A stretch of DNA of 64,000 bases. Origin: a virus. Lineage: Duplodnaviria; Caudoviricetes. Shown one piece after another: positions 39,199 to 48,899 of this stretch (the stretch's first letter is position 1; each line of letters starts with the position of its first letter). The DNA is taken from IMG/VR virus record IMGVR_UViG_3300036770_008730; one strand, written 5' to 3'. A program made the position numbers and the translations under genes. The notes below the pieces were generated by a model that was given only the letters and a program-made list of their open reading frames with translations, had not been told where the DNA came from and did not search any database.

Positions 39199-39531
39199 AT
39201 GTACAATGTGTATCTCATATGCTCTGAAATCGAAGGTAAAAATCTTTACAAAATTGGATACACTAGAAGAGAAATAGAGAAACGAATAAAAGAATTCAAA
39301 ACAGGAAACGCTTCTTCTTTTTATATTGTAGATTCATTTCAATCAGAATGGGGAACAAAAATCGAAGCGAGATTACACAGAGTTTTCAATCATAAAAAAA
39401 TAAGTGGTGAATGGTTTGATCTAGATGAAAATGATATAAAAGAGTTTTCTAAAATTTGTAATTCTCTACACTCTAATTTTAAATTAATATCAACTCAAAA
39501 TACTTATTATTTAGATAGAGGTGATTTTTAA
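39199..39531 (+). CDS. GIY-YIG / T5orf172-like nuclease domain protein
   Basis: VYLI...YKIGYT...EKRIKEFKTGN...IEARLH...GEWF. Confidence 0.8.
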   Translation: MYNVYLICSEIEGKNLYKIGYTRREIEKRIKEFKTGNASSFYIVDSFQSEWGTKIEARLHRVFNHKKISGEWFDLDENDIKEFSKICNSLHSNFKLISTQNTYYLDRGDF

Positions 39532-40668
39532 TGCCTCATTTATTTTATCAATTACCATTTCAGCAGTTATTTGCTTAGTACATTCAAACTGTCTTTCTGT
39601 TCCTTTATGTAGGGGACACCAATTCCAATCTCCAGCATCTAATTTGTGAGTATTAAAGCAACCATTACAAACACTTTCATTAAAAACTCTAAATGTATTT
39701 GTTGTTGTTTCACTATATGGTTTACTAAATCCCGAAATTAAAACAACTGGTAGTCCACAAGACCAAGCTAACCAAGATAAACCAGACCCCAATCCAATAA
39801 ATAAATCACATGTAGATAAATCATCAATAACTTCTTGTAAAGACCCACCTTTGAATTTAGTAGTACCTTTTGGATGAAAGTTACCCATATATCCATCATT
39901 TTCTTTTGAATAGATAACAACTTCATATCCTATACTTTTTAAGTAATCAACTACTCTTTGCCAACCACCTGAATTATTCCAATATTTAGCCTGTGCTGTT
40001 GAGTGTAGACCTAATCCCACTTTCTTTTGTTTTTGTATATTTGGTTGTTTAAGTAGAGGTTTAATTTCAGTATATTCTAGACCAAGTATATCACAGATTG
40101 TTTGTTGTAGAGGTAGTAGTTTGAAATCTCTTGGATTTTGAGATGATTTAAATTGATCATTTTCATAATACCAACCAATTTTATACATCGCATAGATATT
40201 TTGAACTACTTGACCAGGATTTACAAATTGAATATTATTGTATTGTTCAATAAATAAATAATTGTGAAAAGTTGAAACTATAATCTCACAGTTGTGTTTT
40301 TTTCTGAACTCTTCAACATACGGAATCCAAGCTAGTGTATCACCAATTGAATTAGAATCAAATGCAATATAAACTCTTTTATTTTCAAAATTGACATTAT
40401 AATCTAAAATAATTTCTTTTGATTTAGAGTTATGAATTTTTATATTCCAATTTACAAAGTATTTGATACCTGATCTTGACCACATGTTTTTTTTCAGTTT
40501 AGATTGATAATGCAATTTACCATCATTAAACATTTGTATTGTGTATTCATCATCAATATCGCAATCAATTATTTCTACAAAAGCACCATCAACGAAATTG
40601 ATGGATATTTTAGGTAAAATTACTTTTTTGATTATTTTTTGATTTTTTGTTAAGTTATCATATATCAT
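39511..40668 (-). CDS. Aah/TibC-like O-heptosyltransferase (GT9-related)
   Basis: RVYIAFDSNSIGDTLAW, PLQQTICDILGL, STAQAKYWNN..GWQ.VVDYL, FIGLGSGLSWLAW, CNGC...CP..QFEC. Confidence 0.8.
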   Translation of the reverse strand: MIYDNLTKNQKIIKKVILPKISINFVDGAFVEIIDCDIDDEYTIQMFNDGKLHYQSKLKKNMWSRSGIKYFVNWNIKIHNSKSKEIILDYNVNFENKRVYIAFDSNSIGDTLAWIPYVEEFRKKHNCEIIVSTFHNYLFIEQYNNIQFVNPGQVVQNIYAMYKIGWYYENDQFKSSQNPRDFKLLPLQQTICDILGLEYTEIKPLLKQPNIQKQKKVGLGLHSTAQAKYWNNSGGWQRVVDYLKSIGYEVVIYSKENDGYMGNFHPKGTTKFKGGSLQEVIDDLSTCDLFIGLGSGLSWLAWSCGLPVVLISGFSKPYSETTTNTFRVFNESVCNGCFNTHKLDAGDWNWCPLHKGTERQFECTKQITAEMVIDKINEALKITSI

Positions 40669-40746
40669 GACTATTTTATTAACTTATAAAAATTTGTTTA
40701 CTAAACATATTGAAATTTAATAAATATAAAAAACAATAAATTAATT

Positions 40747-41019
40747 ATGCAATCATTAAAAGAAAGTTTTATCAGAGAGTACATAACACAAATAGATTTC
40801 AAAAGAGATAATTGGAAATTATCTAAAATGAAAGAAGATATGAGAAAATTCTTGGGCGAAGAACCAGGTATAGAAGTTGTCTATAGAAAAGATGTTATGA
40901 TTAATGAAACCACTCAAGAGCCGGTTGAGTTTGTTGATGTTGATAAAATAGAAATTATCTTTACCGATCTTGATAATAGATTCAAAAAATTGGAATTTCA
41001 CGTAAATCAAACATTATAA
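40747..41019 (+). CDS. Hypothetical protein
   Basis: First ORF of the operon leading to the gp46-like gene. Confidence 0.6.
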   Translation: MQSLKESFIREYITQIDFKRDNWKLSKMKEDMRKFLGEEPGIEVVYRKDVMINETTQEPVEFVDVDKIEIIFTDLDNRFKKLEFHVNQTL

Positions 41020-41020
41020 A

Positions 41021-41236
41021 ATGAAGATAGAAAATTATTATTTAAATTTAGAAAAAGTAAATACACTTACTAAAGAAGATAAGGATTATATTCATAGATA
41101 CTATCAAGATATGATGCATCATTTTATGGAGGGTAGAACAACTATTGCTCAATCTTTATTTCTTACTTTGATGAATCATGACTGTCTAATTGATGTTAGA
41201 GATAAAAAATTATCAAAAATCTTAGATGAAAGTTGA
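41021..41236 (+). CDS. Hypothetical protein (RDKKLSKIL tail)
   Basis: Operon-coupled ORF. Confidence 0.55.
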   Translation: MKIENYYLNLEKVNTLTKEDKDYIHRYYQDMMHHFMEGRTTIAQSLFLTLMNHDCLIDVRDKKLSKILDES

Positions 41237-41582
41237 TATTTTAGATTATTTAGGAACAATTCAGAACGGAGCATTGGTTCTCATTTCAATAGTTTATGAA
41301 AATGAGTACTATGAGGGCACGTTCTATTACAATAAAGATAATATTCTTGCATTAACTGTTGAAGAGAGATTAGAAAAGGTTTTAGGATGTTCTATTGAAG
41401 AATGGAGAGATTATAATGAAATTATGATCAGTCTTATAAAAAGAGTTGTTCCTGTCAATGAGATCGTTTCAAGATTGGATGAGATAGATATTAAAAAATA
41501 TACTATTGATGCTATAAATAAACAAATAGTTTATGTTGAGAGTGAAGAAAGTCCACTAAACCCAACTCAATCTGAAATATAA
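41226..41582 (+). CDS. Hypothetical protein
   Basis: Operon-coupled ORF. Confidence 0.6.
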   Translation: MKVDILDYLGTIQNGALVLISIVYENEYYEGTFYYNKDNILALTVEERLEKVLGCSIEEWRDYNEIMISLIKRVVPVNEIVSRLDEIDIKKYTIDAINKQIVYVESEESPLNPTQSEI

Positions 41583-41607
41583 TAATTTTTTAAATTTTTT
41601 CCAATTC

Positions 41608-41697
41608 TTAATCATCATATCTATCTTTGCATTCACCTCTACCTTTATTAAAGAGTGTCTCTTCCTTTTCTAAATCACATTTTTTACAAACCTTCAT
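41608..41697 (-). pseudogene. Remnant of a homing-endonuclease-type N-terminal Zn finger
   Basis: Manual translation MKVCKKCDLEKEETLFNKGRGECKDRYDD*; AATATATA box upstream. Confidence 0.35.
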
Positions 41698-41752
41698 AAC
41701 AAATATCGATGTTTTTACTATAACATATATATTAAAAAATAATTATTTATAG

Positions 41753-43498
41753 ATGATAATAGGTGAGATTGGTATAAGGGGATTTAAGTCCTTTGGTAAT
41801 AACGAAACTGTACTAAAACTAAATACAGAGAAAGGAGAACTAATTCTCCTTGTTGGTAACAATGGCGCTGGTAAATCATCATTATTAGATTCTTTTGATT
41901 ATACTCTTTATGGTAAGGTTAGAGGAAAGAAAAAAAGATGGACCACTCTTTCTACTTTACCCAATCGTATAAATGGTGAATTACTTAATCGTATTAAATT
42001 CATTTCAAATTCTACCGAAGTAGAAATAAAAAGAGGTATATCTCCAAATCTTTTAGAGTTATATGAGAATGGTCTTTTAAATGAAAGAGCTGGCAAAGCT
42101 AATCTTGATGAGAAAATAGAAAAGTATATTGGTATGGATATTGAAACATTTAAATCATTTATCTCCATGTCAATTAATGATTTTAAGAACTTTATTTCAC
42201 TATCAAATGAAGAAAAACAACTACTTCTAGATAAGTTATTTAATTTAGAAGTTATCAACATTTTAAATTCTATTTTGAAAGATATTAATAAAGGAAATAA
42301 AATTAGAATGGCTTCAATTGATAGTGAAATTAAAACACTTGATGAATCAATACAGTCAATTAAAAGGTCTATTGAAAAGGCACTTGAAAGAGAAAGAGAA
42401 GAACAGAGATTAGCACTTGAAAGAGAAAAAGAAGATATTCAATTTGAGATTGATAAATTGACTACCGAGATGAGTTCAAAAAAGGATGACTACAAAACTC
42501 TTAAAGACAAAGTAGAAAAAATAAAAAATAAAGAAACCGAACTTAGTGATGAATTAGAGATTGAAAAAAAACAACATCTAAATACACAAAACGATATTAA
42601 AAATGTTCAAAAAGAAATTGACCTTTATGATTCTGGTAAATGTCCTACTTGTAAGACAGATTTCAACTCAGTTCATTTCTCAAGCTTAAGAACATCACTT
42701 GTTGATAAAAAAACAGCTTTTGAAAATATCAAATTAGAAATTGAGGAAAATATAAGAAAGATTAAAGAAAAACAACAAAAACTTAAAACACTTTCAGAAT
42801 CAACAACTACTGCTTTCAATGACTTAAACTATCTTCTTAAAAACATAAAAGCAGAAATTGATAAACTTACTCAGAAAAAAACCACACAAACAGTTTCTGT
42901 TAAATCATCACCATCAATTAATACTAAAGAATTTCAAAATACTATAGATGAGCTAAATGATAAGAGAGTTGTTGCTAAGGAACAAGATACAATCTGTAAG
43001 GAAAAAGAACTTTACTACAAAGAGTTGAATAGAATTTTTAGCGAAGATGGTGTTAAAAAGTCAATTATCTCTGGTATTATTAAACCGATTAATCATTTTA
43101 TCTCCGATAACATTAAAAAGATGTCAATGAATTTTGATGTAAGATTAGATGAAACTTTTACAGCCGAAATTAAACAACTAGGTAGTATAATTGAACACGA
43201 TTCTCTTAGTACGGGAGAAACTAAGAAAATCAATATTTCAATTTTGATAGCTTACTTAAAATTAATAAGAACAAAAAGGCATATCAATATTTTATTTTTA
43301 GATGAAGTTTTCTCTTCAATCGACATTGAGGGTATTGATTCAATTTTGACATTGTTGAAGTCGTTTGCTAACGACTACAACATTAATATATTTGTAGTAC
43401 ATCATGCTATATTAAACCAAGAAATGTTTGATAGAATAATTAAAATCAATAAAGAAGTTTTTTCCTCAATTGAAGAAGTTTTATTAGATAATATATAG
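41753..43498 (+). CDS. gp46/SbcC/Rad50-like recombination ATPase
   Basis: GNNGAGKSS, CPTC Zn hook, LSTGE signature, LFLDEVF, VVHH. Confidence 0.92.
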   Translation: MIIGEIGIRGFKSFGNNETVLKLNTEKGELILLVGNNGAGKSSLLDSFDYTLYGKVRGKKKRWTTLSTLPNRINGELLNRIKFISNSTEVEIKRGISPNLLELYENGLLNERAGKANLDEKIEKYIGMDIETFKSFISMSINDFKNFISLSNEEKQLLLDKLFNLEVINILNSILKDINKGNKIRMASIDSEIKTLDESIQSIKRSIEKALEREREEQRLALEREKEDIQFEIDKLTTEMSSKKDDYKTLKDKVEKIKNKETELSDELEIEKKQHLNTQNDIKNVQKEIDLYDSGKCPTCKTDFNSVHFSSLRTSLVDKKTAFENIKLEIEENIRKIKEKQQKLKTLSESTTTAFNDLNYLLKNIKAEIDKLTQKKTTQTVSVKSSPSINTKEFQNTIDELNDKRVVAKEQDTICKEKELYYKELNRIFSEDGVKKSIISGIIKPINHFISDNIKKMSMNFDVRLDETFTAEIKQLGSIIEHDSLSTGETKKINISILIAYLKLIRTKRHINILFLDEVFSSIDIEGIDSILTLLKSFANDYNINIFVVHHAILNQEMFDRIIKINKEVFSSIEEVLLDNI

Positions 43499-43501
43499 AC
43501 T

Positions 43502-44305
43502 ATGAAACACTTTTTAATTTTTTTATTTTTACTGTTATTTAACAATATTATTGCACAAACCGATACTTCTAAATTAAACATCATTTCCTGGAATATTCAA
43601 AATTTTGGTAGATCAAAATCCGAATTGGTAGATGTTATGAATTATATTGCTTCTAAAGTAAAATCATATGATATAGTAGCTGTTCAAGAAGTTTCAACTT
43701 CTGAATTTGGATCACAAGCTGTCGCCAAATTAGATGATTTGTTGGATAGAACTGGTTCATCTTGGGACTATATTGTATCAAATCCTACTACTGGACAAGG
43801 TTCAGAAAGATATGCTTATTTATACAAAAAACATAGAGTGTCTTTAAAGTTTGCTGATTTGGAAAAATCATTACAGGATTCACTTAATCGAGAACCGTTT
43901 AGAGCGATTTTTATATTCAAAGGACAAGAATATTTTCTTTTTAATTTACACTTAGTGCCAACCAATAAGCACCCAGAAATAGAGGCCCAAAAATTAGGCC
44001 ATTTAAATAAAACCTATTCTGGTAAAAGAATAGTCCTGATGGGTGATTTAAATCTTAGTCAATCAAATTCTGGATTCAATAGTCTAAAAAAATTTACTAA
44101 ACCAACTTTAATTAGTAAAAAAACATCATTAAAAATGAAAGAAGATGGTGTTTCACCAATGAATATGGAATATGACAACTTTTTTATATCAACAAATATA
44201 AATTTAACAAAGTCTGATGTAATCGAGTTTTGGAAAGACTACAAAGATCTGAAATCGGCAAGAAAGGTATCAGACCACTGTCCAATATATTGTATAATAA
44301 AATAG
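43502..44305 (+). CDS. Secreted EEP-family (DNase I-like) nuclease
   Basis: Signal peptide MKHFLIFLFLLLFNNIIA-Q; SWNIQNF, VQEV, ERYAYLY, REPF, MGDLN, YDNFF, SDHCP. Confidence 0.88.
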   Translation: MKHFLIFLFLLLFNNIIAQTDTSKLNIISWNIQNFGRSKSELVDVMNYIASKVKSYDIVAVQEVSTSEFGSQAVAKLDDLLDRTGSSWDYIVSNPTTGQGSERYAYLYKKHRVSLKFADLEKSLQDSLNREPFRAIFIFKGQEYFLFNLHLVPTNKHPEIEAQKLGHLNKTYSGKRIVLMGDLNLSQSNSGFNSLKKFTKPTLISKKTSLKMKEDGVSPMNMEYDNFFISTNINLTKSDVIEFWKDYKDLKSARKVSDHCPIYCIIK

Positions 44306-44312
44306 TTTTATA

Positions 44313-44504
44313 ATGATAGTTATAAAAATTGACGATAAAAATTCTCTTGAAAAAGCTCTTAAGAAATATAAGAGAAAATTTGATAATCTTAAAATAGTTA
44401 AACAACTTAGAGAGAGAAAAGAGTTCAAAAAGATATCAGTAAAAAGAAGAGAACAGATTAAAAAGGCTCAGTATATTGAGAACAAATTTAGAAATATCGA
44501 ATAA
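44313..44504 (+). CDS. rpsU: Ribosomal protein bS21
   Basis: SLEKALKKYKRK...VKQLRERKEFKKISVKRRE..KKA. Confidence 0.88.
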   Translation: MIVIKIDDKNSLEKALKKYKRKFDNLKIVKQLRERKEFKKISVKRREQIKKAQYIENKFRNIE

Positions 44505-44505
44505 C

Positions 44506-44706
44506 ATGGCTTGTCCAAAATGCGATTCTTTAAATGTGAAGCGAAGATTTTACGCGCCTGTTTCAAAATATGGTCATTTACCTACACCGCCTGTTGATTT
44601 TTGTGATGATTGTGGATTTAAATCACAAGAATCATTTAGTTCTATAAACTTCAGACATCAAAGAGATTATAAATTAGAACAAATATTACAAAATGGGGTT
44701 CAATAA
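44506..44706 (+). CDS. Small Zn-ribbon protein (RDYKLEQIL tail)
   Basis: CPKC...CDDC; start moved to the ATG at 44506. Confidence 0.55.
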   Translation: MACPKCDSLNVKRRFYAPVSKYGHLPTPPVDFCDDCGFKSQESFSSINFRHQRDYKLEQILQNGVQ

Positions 44707-44899
44707 AAGATACATCAGTCGAGAAAATTTATCTTACTATAAAGTAAGAACAGTCAAAGAATTAATTTCTTTTATAAAGAATCCAGATTGTTTAATAATT
44801 GAGGATTCTTATTCAGAAAAAATTTGTAATATAGTTAATAATACAAAACAAGAATTTTTATATTCAAAGTTAAAAGAAATTGGATTTTATGAATCTTAA
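44693..44899 (+). CDS. Hypothetical protein
   Basis: Operon-coupled ORF. Confidence 0.55.
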   Translation: MGFNKRYISRENLSYYKVRTVKELISFIKNPDCLIIEDSYSEKICNIVNNTKQEFLYSKLKEIGFYES

Positions 44900-45608
44900 T
44901 AAGAACTATTATAAAATTTTAGAAGTTGATTCTTCTTCTGATGAAAAGGTAATAAAAAAATCCTACTATAAGTTATCATATAAACATCATCCTGATAAAA
45001 AAGGAGATCCTATTGTCTTTGCTGAAATCACAGAAGCTTACAACATACTTTCTACTGACAAAAGAAAAGAGTATGACTTAAAAAGTAAGTTTGGAAAGAA
45101 TTATAATGAGTATTTTGAACTCTTTGAGATTAATTTTGAATTAGATCAAAAAAAAGAAAAAGAGAGATTTGAAAACTTCAAAAAAAATGATATTGATAAT
45201 ATTGTAATTAAGATTGATGATAGTTTTGACGGAACATTAGAATATGAAAGATGGATAAAGTGTAAAACTTGTGGAGGAACTGGAAAGGACAATTCAGCAA
45301 AAATTTTAATTAAAGACACAAATGGTAATGTTATTAAAACATTTGATGCTGATGATGGTTGTGATTTTTGTGAGGGAACTGGAAAAGACTATACCGGTTC
45401 TGATTGTAGTTTCTGCCATGGTAAAGGTAAAGTAGGACTTAATAATTGCAAAAATTGCAATGGTGAGAAAAGAATTCTTGGAAAACAAAAACTCAAAGGA
45501 ATCAAATTAAATGGAAAAGAAACAAAATTAGACGCTATGGGTCATCATTCTAAAAATGAAGTAGGAAAAGTTGGATATCTTCTATTGATAAATACTGAAA
45601 ATTATTAA
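44880..45608 (+). CDS. dnaJ: DnaJ-like co-chaperone (J domain + Cys-rich Zn fingers)
   Basis: YYKILEV...HHPDK; four CxxCxGxG-type repeats. Confidence 0.88.
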   Translation: MDFMNLNKNYYKILEVDSSSDEKVIKKSYYKLSYKHHPDKKGDPIVFAEITEAYNILSTDKRKEYDLKSKFGKNYNEYFELFEINFELDQKKEKERFENFKKNDIDNIVIKIDDSFDGTLEYERWIKCKTCGGTGKDNSAKILIKDTNGNVIKTFDADDGCDFCEGTGKDYTGSDCSFCHGKGKVGLNNCKNCNGEKRILGKQKLKGIKLNGKETKLDAMGHHSKNEVGKVGYLLLINTENY

Positions 45609-48600
45609 TCCATTAAATCTATTACACTAGGACCGGAGATATCTTCTATTCCAATTCCACCACCAGAAGATGAAGGTGCAGAGAATCCTATTCCAGCTCC
45701 GATTCCACTTACAGCAACATTAGATGCATTAACAGAGAAACTATCTAATCCGATTGAAACATTATCTAAAAATTGAAAATTAGCATTTGAGTAGTCTATA
45801 AATGGTGCAATTCCTTGATATGGTATTTCAATTCCAAAATTGATATTATTAGTAGTAAAGTATTGAAAGAAAGGTATCATATCTACTTCATAATATTTCA
45901 AATTATCAATTAAAATCGATGCGGTAAGCGCACCATACCAACCAGAACCCCTGAAGTTCATAGAGAGATTAGTTTTATTGAAAAAATACTCTATCTTTTT
46001 TGAAACTGGTGTTAGTATGTGATTTACATTTTGATATACTGGAAAGAAAGACGCATTTACTGTTGTTGAAAATGTGCCTATAGCCGAACCATAATATATA
46101 TCTCTTGTTACTACATTTAAATTATCAAAGTGAAGAATTGGTTGTGATAATGTCTCCTCCTTATATAACGTTGTAATTTTAGATATTGTAGAATCATTAG
46201 ACTCATAGTAAGGTGTTTGTGCACTCCATCTAGCTAAATTAAATTCAACCATTGTATATCTAGACTTTGATACTTTTTCAGATACTCTAAAATTTGTTAT
46301 TTCCGATGGTTCTGAAATATTTAATACACCGCCTGATGAAATTGCATCTATTTGCATCTCACTACCCACAAGTAAATCTTCTCTTACATTTGTCCAAGAA
46401 TATGAAAACCCCGATCTAGAGATGTTTTTTGCTTTTGTCTCAATACTTCTTGAAAATACAATGGAGTTCAAACCACCAGATGAATAGGTCCAACCTAAAT
46501 TCAAAAAATCTGTTGCGTCTACATTTGTTGGATCAAAATAATTTTCAAAATTCGAAGCTTCACCAATATAGTCATTGAAAATTTTATACTTTGTTCCAAG
46601 ACTATAAGATAGTTCTAAGTTATTATAACTATTTCTGAAATAAGATGTACTTGAAAGCACATCATCTGTAGGATATCCATACAGATTATTCTGTGAGTAT
46701 TCTTTCAATGAAATGTTGTTTCTAATTGTATTTGGTCTTCCTATATTTACGGCAGAGTATGTATAATAGTTTACATCTAGCCACGAATTGTATAAAAACA
46801 CCGCATCAGAATCTAAATAATCTACTGATGATAGTTTTGATGTGTTGTTACTTTTAAAGGTGAAATTTTGAACTAAACCAGTTGAAATTCCAGTATAAAT
46901 CGAACCACTCTCACTCTGTGTAGGTTCTGTACCATAATCTTTATCCGTTATAATTTGATACTCATTTGTTACAGTAACAACTGATGCTGTTCCATCATAA
47001 GATGAATTTATGCCTTTATTATCTTTATCTATATAAATCAGGTCATTTGTATAGAGTTTATGTGGTTGTGAGAAAGAAAGACCTAATTTATTACCTTTAG
47101 TAAAATATGTATTTGAAAAAGTTACAGAATAAAGTTGGCTAGAAAAATGACCACCATCAAATGTCCCATCGATCCAACTTGAATCAAACATTTCGGTTAT
47201 TAGTGGATAACCTTTGAACAGACCGGAGTTCCATATTCCAGTATAATATCCATTTAGGAAAACGCCCGATAACCAAACATTTTTTGTAATTTTAATTCTA
47301 TGAAATGGAGAATCTTTCTCAATTCTCTTCAATGGAAAGTTATTTATTAACTCGACCACGAAGGAATTTGAGTTTTTATTTATTATTGTGAAATAACCTT
47401 TTAATAATTTCCTATCTTCGTTGAAGTCAATTGCAACTATGTTTCCTAAAGATACCTTATCACCAATATTGAATTTTTCAATTGTTAATGGTGGTCCGAT
47501 TATCTGAAATCTCCAAATTTTACCTCTATCCAGGCTAAAATATTGACCAATATCATATAATTCGTAGACCACCTCATCATATCTCCAACCGCTATTCCAT
47601 ACACCATTTTCCCAAATACCGGCCATGAATTTTCCATTTCCAATTTTTGAAAAAATCTGTTGAACATCTAATGATTGTGTTGCATTATATGTATTTCCGG
47701 TACCAGTATAAGCTGAAAAAGTTGCACCTGTTAATCCAATTGGCGTTAATGATGTTGGATTCAAGTATAAATTACTATTAGTTGTTAGATACCTTCTATT
47801 GTTACCAGACCAATAACCACCTTCTATGTTAATATTTGATAATGCTTGAATAGTAGATGTGTCTGTAGTTCTCGCTTTTATTATCAAGTATTGTTTTCCA
47901 GTAAGTCCAAAGTATGCACTAAATGTAGATGATCCACTCATTCCACTTTGTGTATAACTAGCAAGTAGTTCAGCAGTATCGGGTATAAATTGAGGCGAAT
48001 TTAGAATGTAATAGTCATTACTCGGTTTCTCTTGAGAAAGATATATGTCTATTCCATCATTGACGGAACCAGATGCCTTTGTGTAAGTGAATGATAAGTT
48101 GAATTTACCATAGTCAATATATTTTACTAAATAATTCAATGATGCTGATCCTATTACTACTCTTGCCTTTACGAAACCACCATATAGATTTGCTTCAACA
48201 ATTTGAGCTGGGAAAATTGTTCCAGCCACATCATCATACCAGATATATGAGTTTGTATCTGGATAATAACACCATCCTCTTCCATCAGTTGATGCTGAGA
48301 ATGATATTGCGGTAGATTGAGTTCCACTATTACCGTCTCTCCACCATGCAAAACCTTGAATATCAAAATCTATTTCATTTATTCTTGTTTCGTATAAAGC
48401 TTCTGAATTTCCACCCAATCCAAATGCATTATTAGCCTTGTAAATTACATAGTCGTTTGATGTTATATTTGTGCTTGGATTTGAATAAAAATATAGGAAA
48501 CCATTTCCTGGTGATGGTGGTTCCATTCCAGCAACAAAACTATTTCTATCAACATTTGAATAATCAATGCTATCACCCCAGACTGTATTTGCTGAAAATG

Positions 48601-48865
48601 ATGCGGAAGAGTTGAAGAAATTACCAACGTAAGTTGTATATTGATATGTTTTTTTACTATTGAATGTTGTCGCTGTAGGATTCCTATAAATTAATTTTGG
48701 TAAATTTCCAGGAAATGGATATGATATATTTACTCCTAAACCAGTTCCGGTCAATGTCCAATTAGGAATACTTGAGTCAAAGTAGCTAGTTGCCCAATAG
48801 TATCCACTACTTGGTAATCCAAATGATATTACTGCTGACATTGGAGGCGCACTAGGAAATCCCAT
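45605..48865 (-). CDS. Large putative virion protein with G-x-W repeats
   Basis: 1086 aa, S/T/G/N-rich; GIWENGVWNSGW, GIWNSGLF, WIDGTFDGG. Confidence 0.55.
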   Translation of the reverse strand: MGFPSAPPMSAVISFGLPSSGYYWATSYFDSSIPNWTLTGTGLGVNISYPFPGNLPKLIYRNPTATTFNSKKTYQYTTYVGNFFNSSASFSANTVWGDSIDYSNVDRNSFVAGMEPPSPGNGFLYFYSNPSTNITSNDYVIYKANNAFGLGGNSEALYETRINEIDFDIQGFAWWRDGNSGTQSTAISFSASTDGRGWCYYPDTNSYIWYDDVAGTIFPAQIVEANLYGGFVKARVVIGSASLNYLVKYIDYGKFNLSFTYTKASGSVNDGIDIYLSQEKPSNDYYILNSPQFIPDTAELLASYTQSGMSGSSTFSAYFGLTGKQYLIIKARTTDTSTIQALSNINIEGGYWSGNNRRYLTTNSNLYLNPTSLTPIGLTGATFSAYTGTGNTYNATQSLDVQQIFSKIGNGKFMAGIWENGVWNSGWRYDEVVYELYDIGQYFSLDRGKIWRFQIIGPPLTIEKFNIGDKVSLGNIVAIDFNEDRKLLKGYFTIINKNSNSFVVELINNFPLKRIEKDSPFHRIKITKNVWLSGVFLNGYYTGIWNSGLFKGYPLITEMFDSSWIDGTFDGGHFSSQLYSVTFSNTYFTKGNKLGLSFSQPHKLYTNDLIYIDKDNKGINSSYDGTASVVTVTNEYQIITDKDYGTEPTQSESGSIYTGISTGLVQNFTFKSNNTSKLSSVDYLDSDAVFLYNSWLDVNYYTYSAVNIGRPNTIRNNISLKEYSQNNLYGYPTDDVLSSTSYFRNSYNNLELSYSLGTKYKIFNDYIGEASNFENYFDPTNVDATDFLNLGWTYSSGGLNSIVFSRSIETKAKNISRSGFSYSWTNVREDLLVGSEMQIDAISSGGVLNISEPSEITNFRVSEKVSKSRYTMVEFNLARWSAQTPYYESNDSTISKITTLYKEETLSQPILHFDNLNVVTRDIYYGSAIGTFSTTVNASFFPVYQNVNHILTPVSKKIEYFFNKTNLSMNFRGSGWYGALTASILIDNLKYYEVDMIPFFQYFTTNNINFGIEIPYQGIAPFIDYSNANFQFLDNVSIGLDSFSVNASNVAVSGIGAGIGFSAPSSSGGGIGIEDISGPSVIDLMD

Positions 48866-48899
48866 TTACTATTTATTAATTTTTTATTATTCTCTATCC

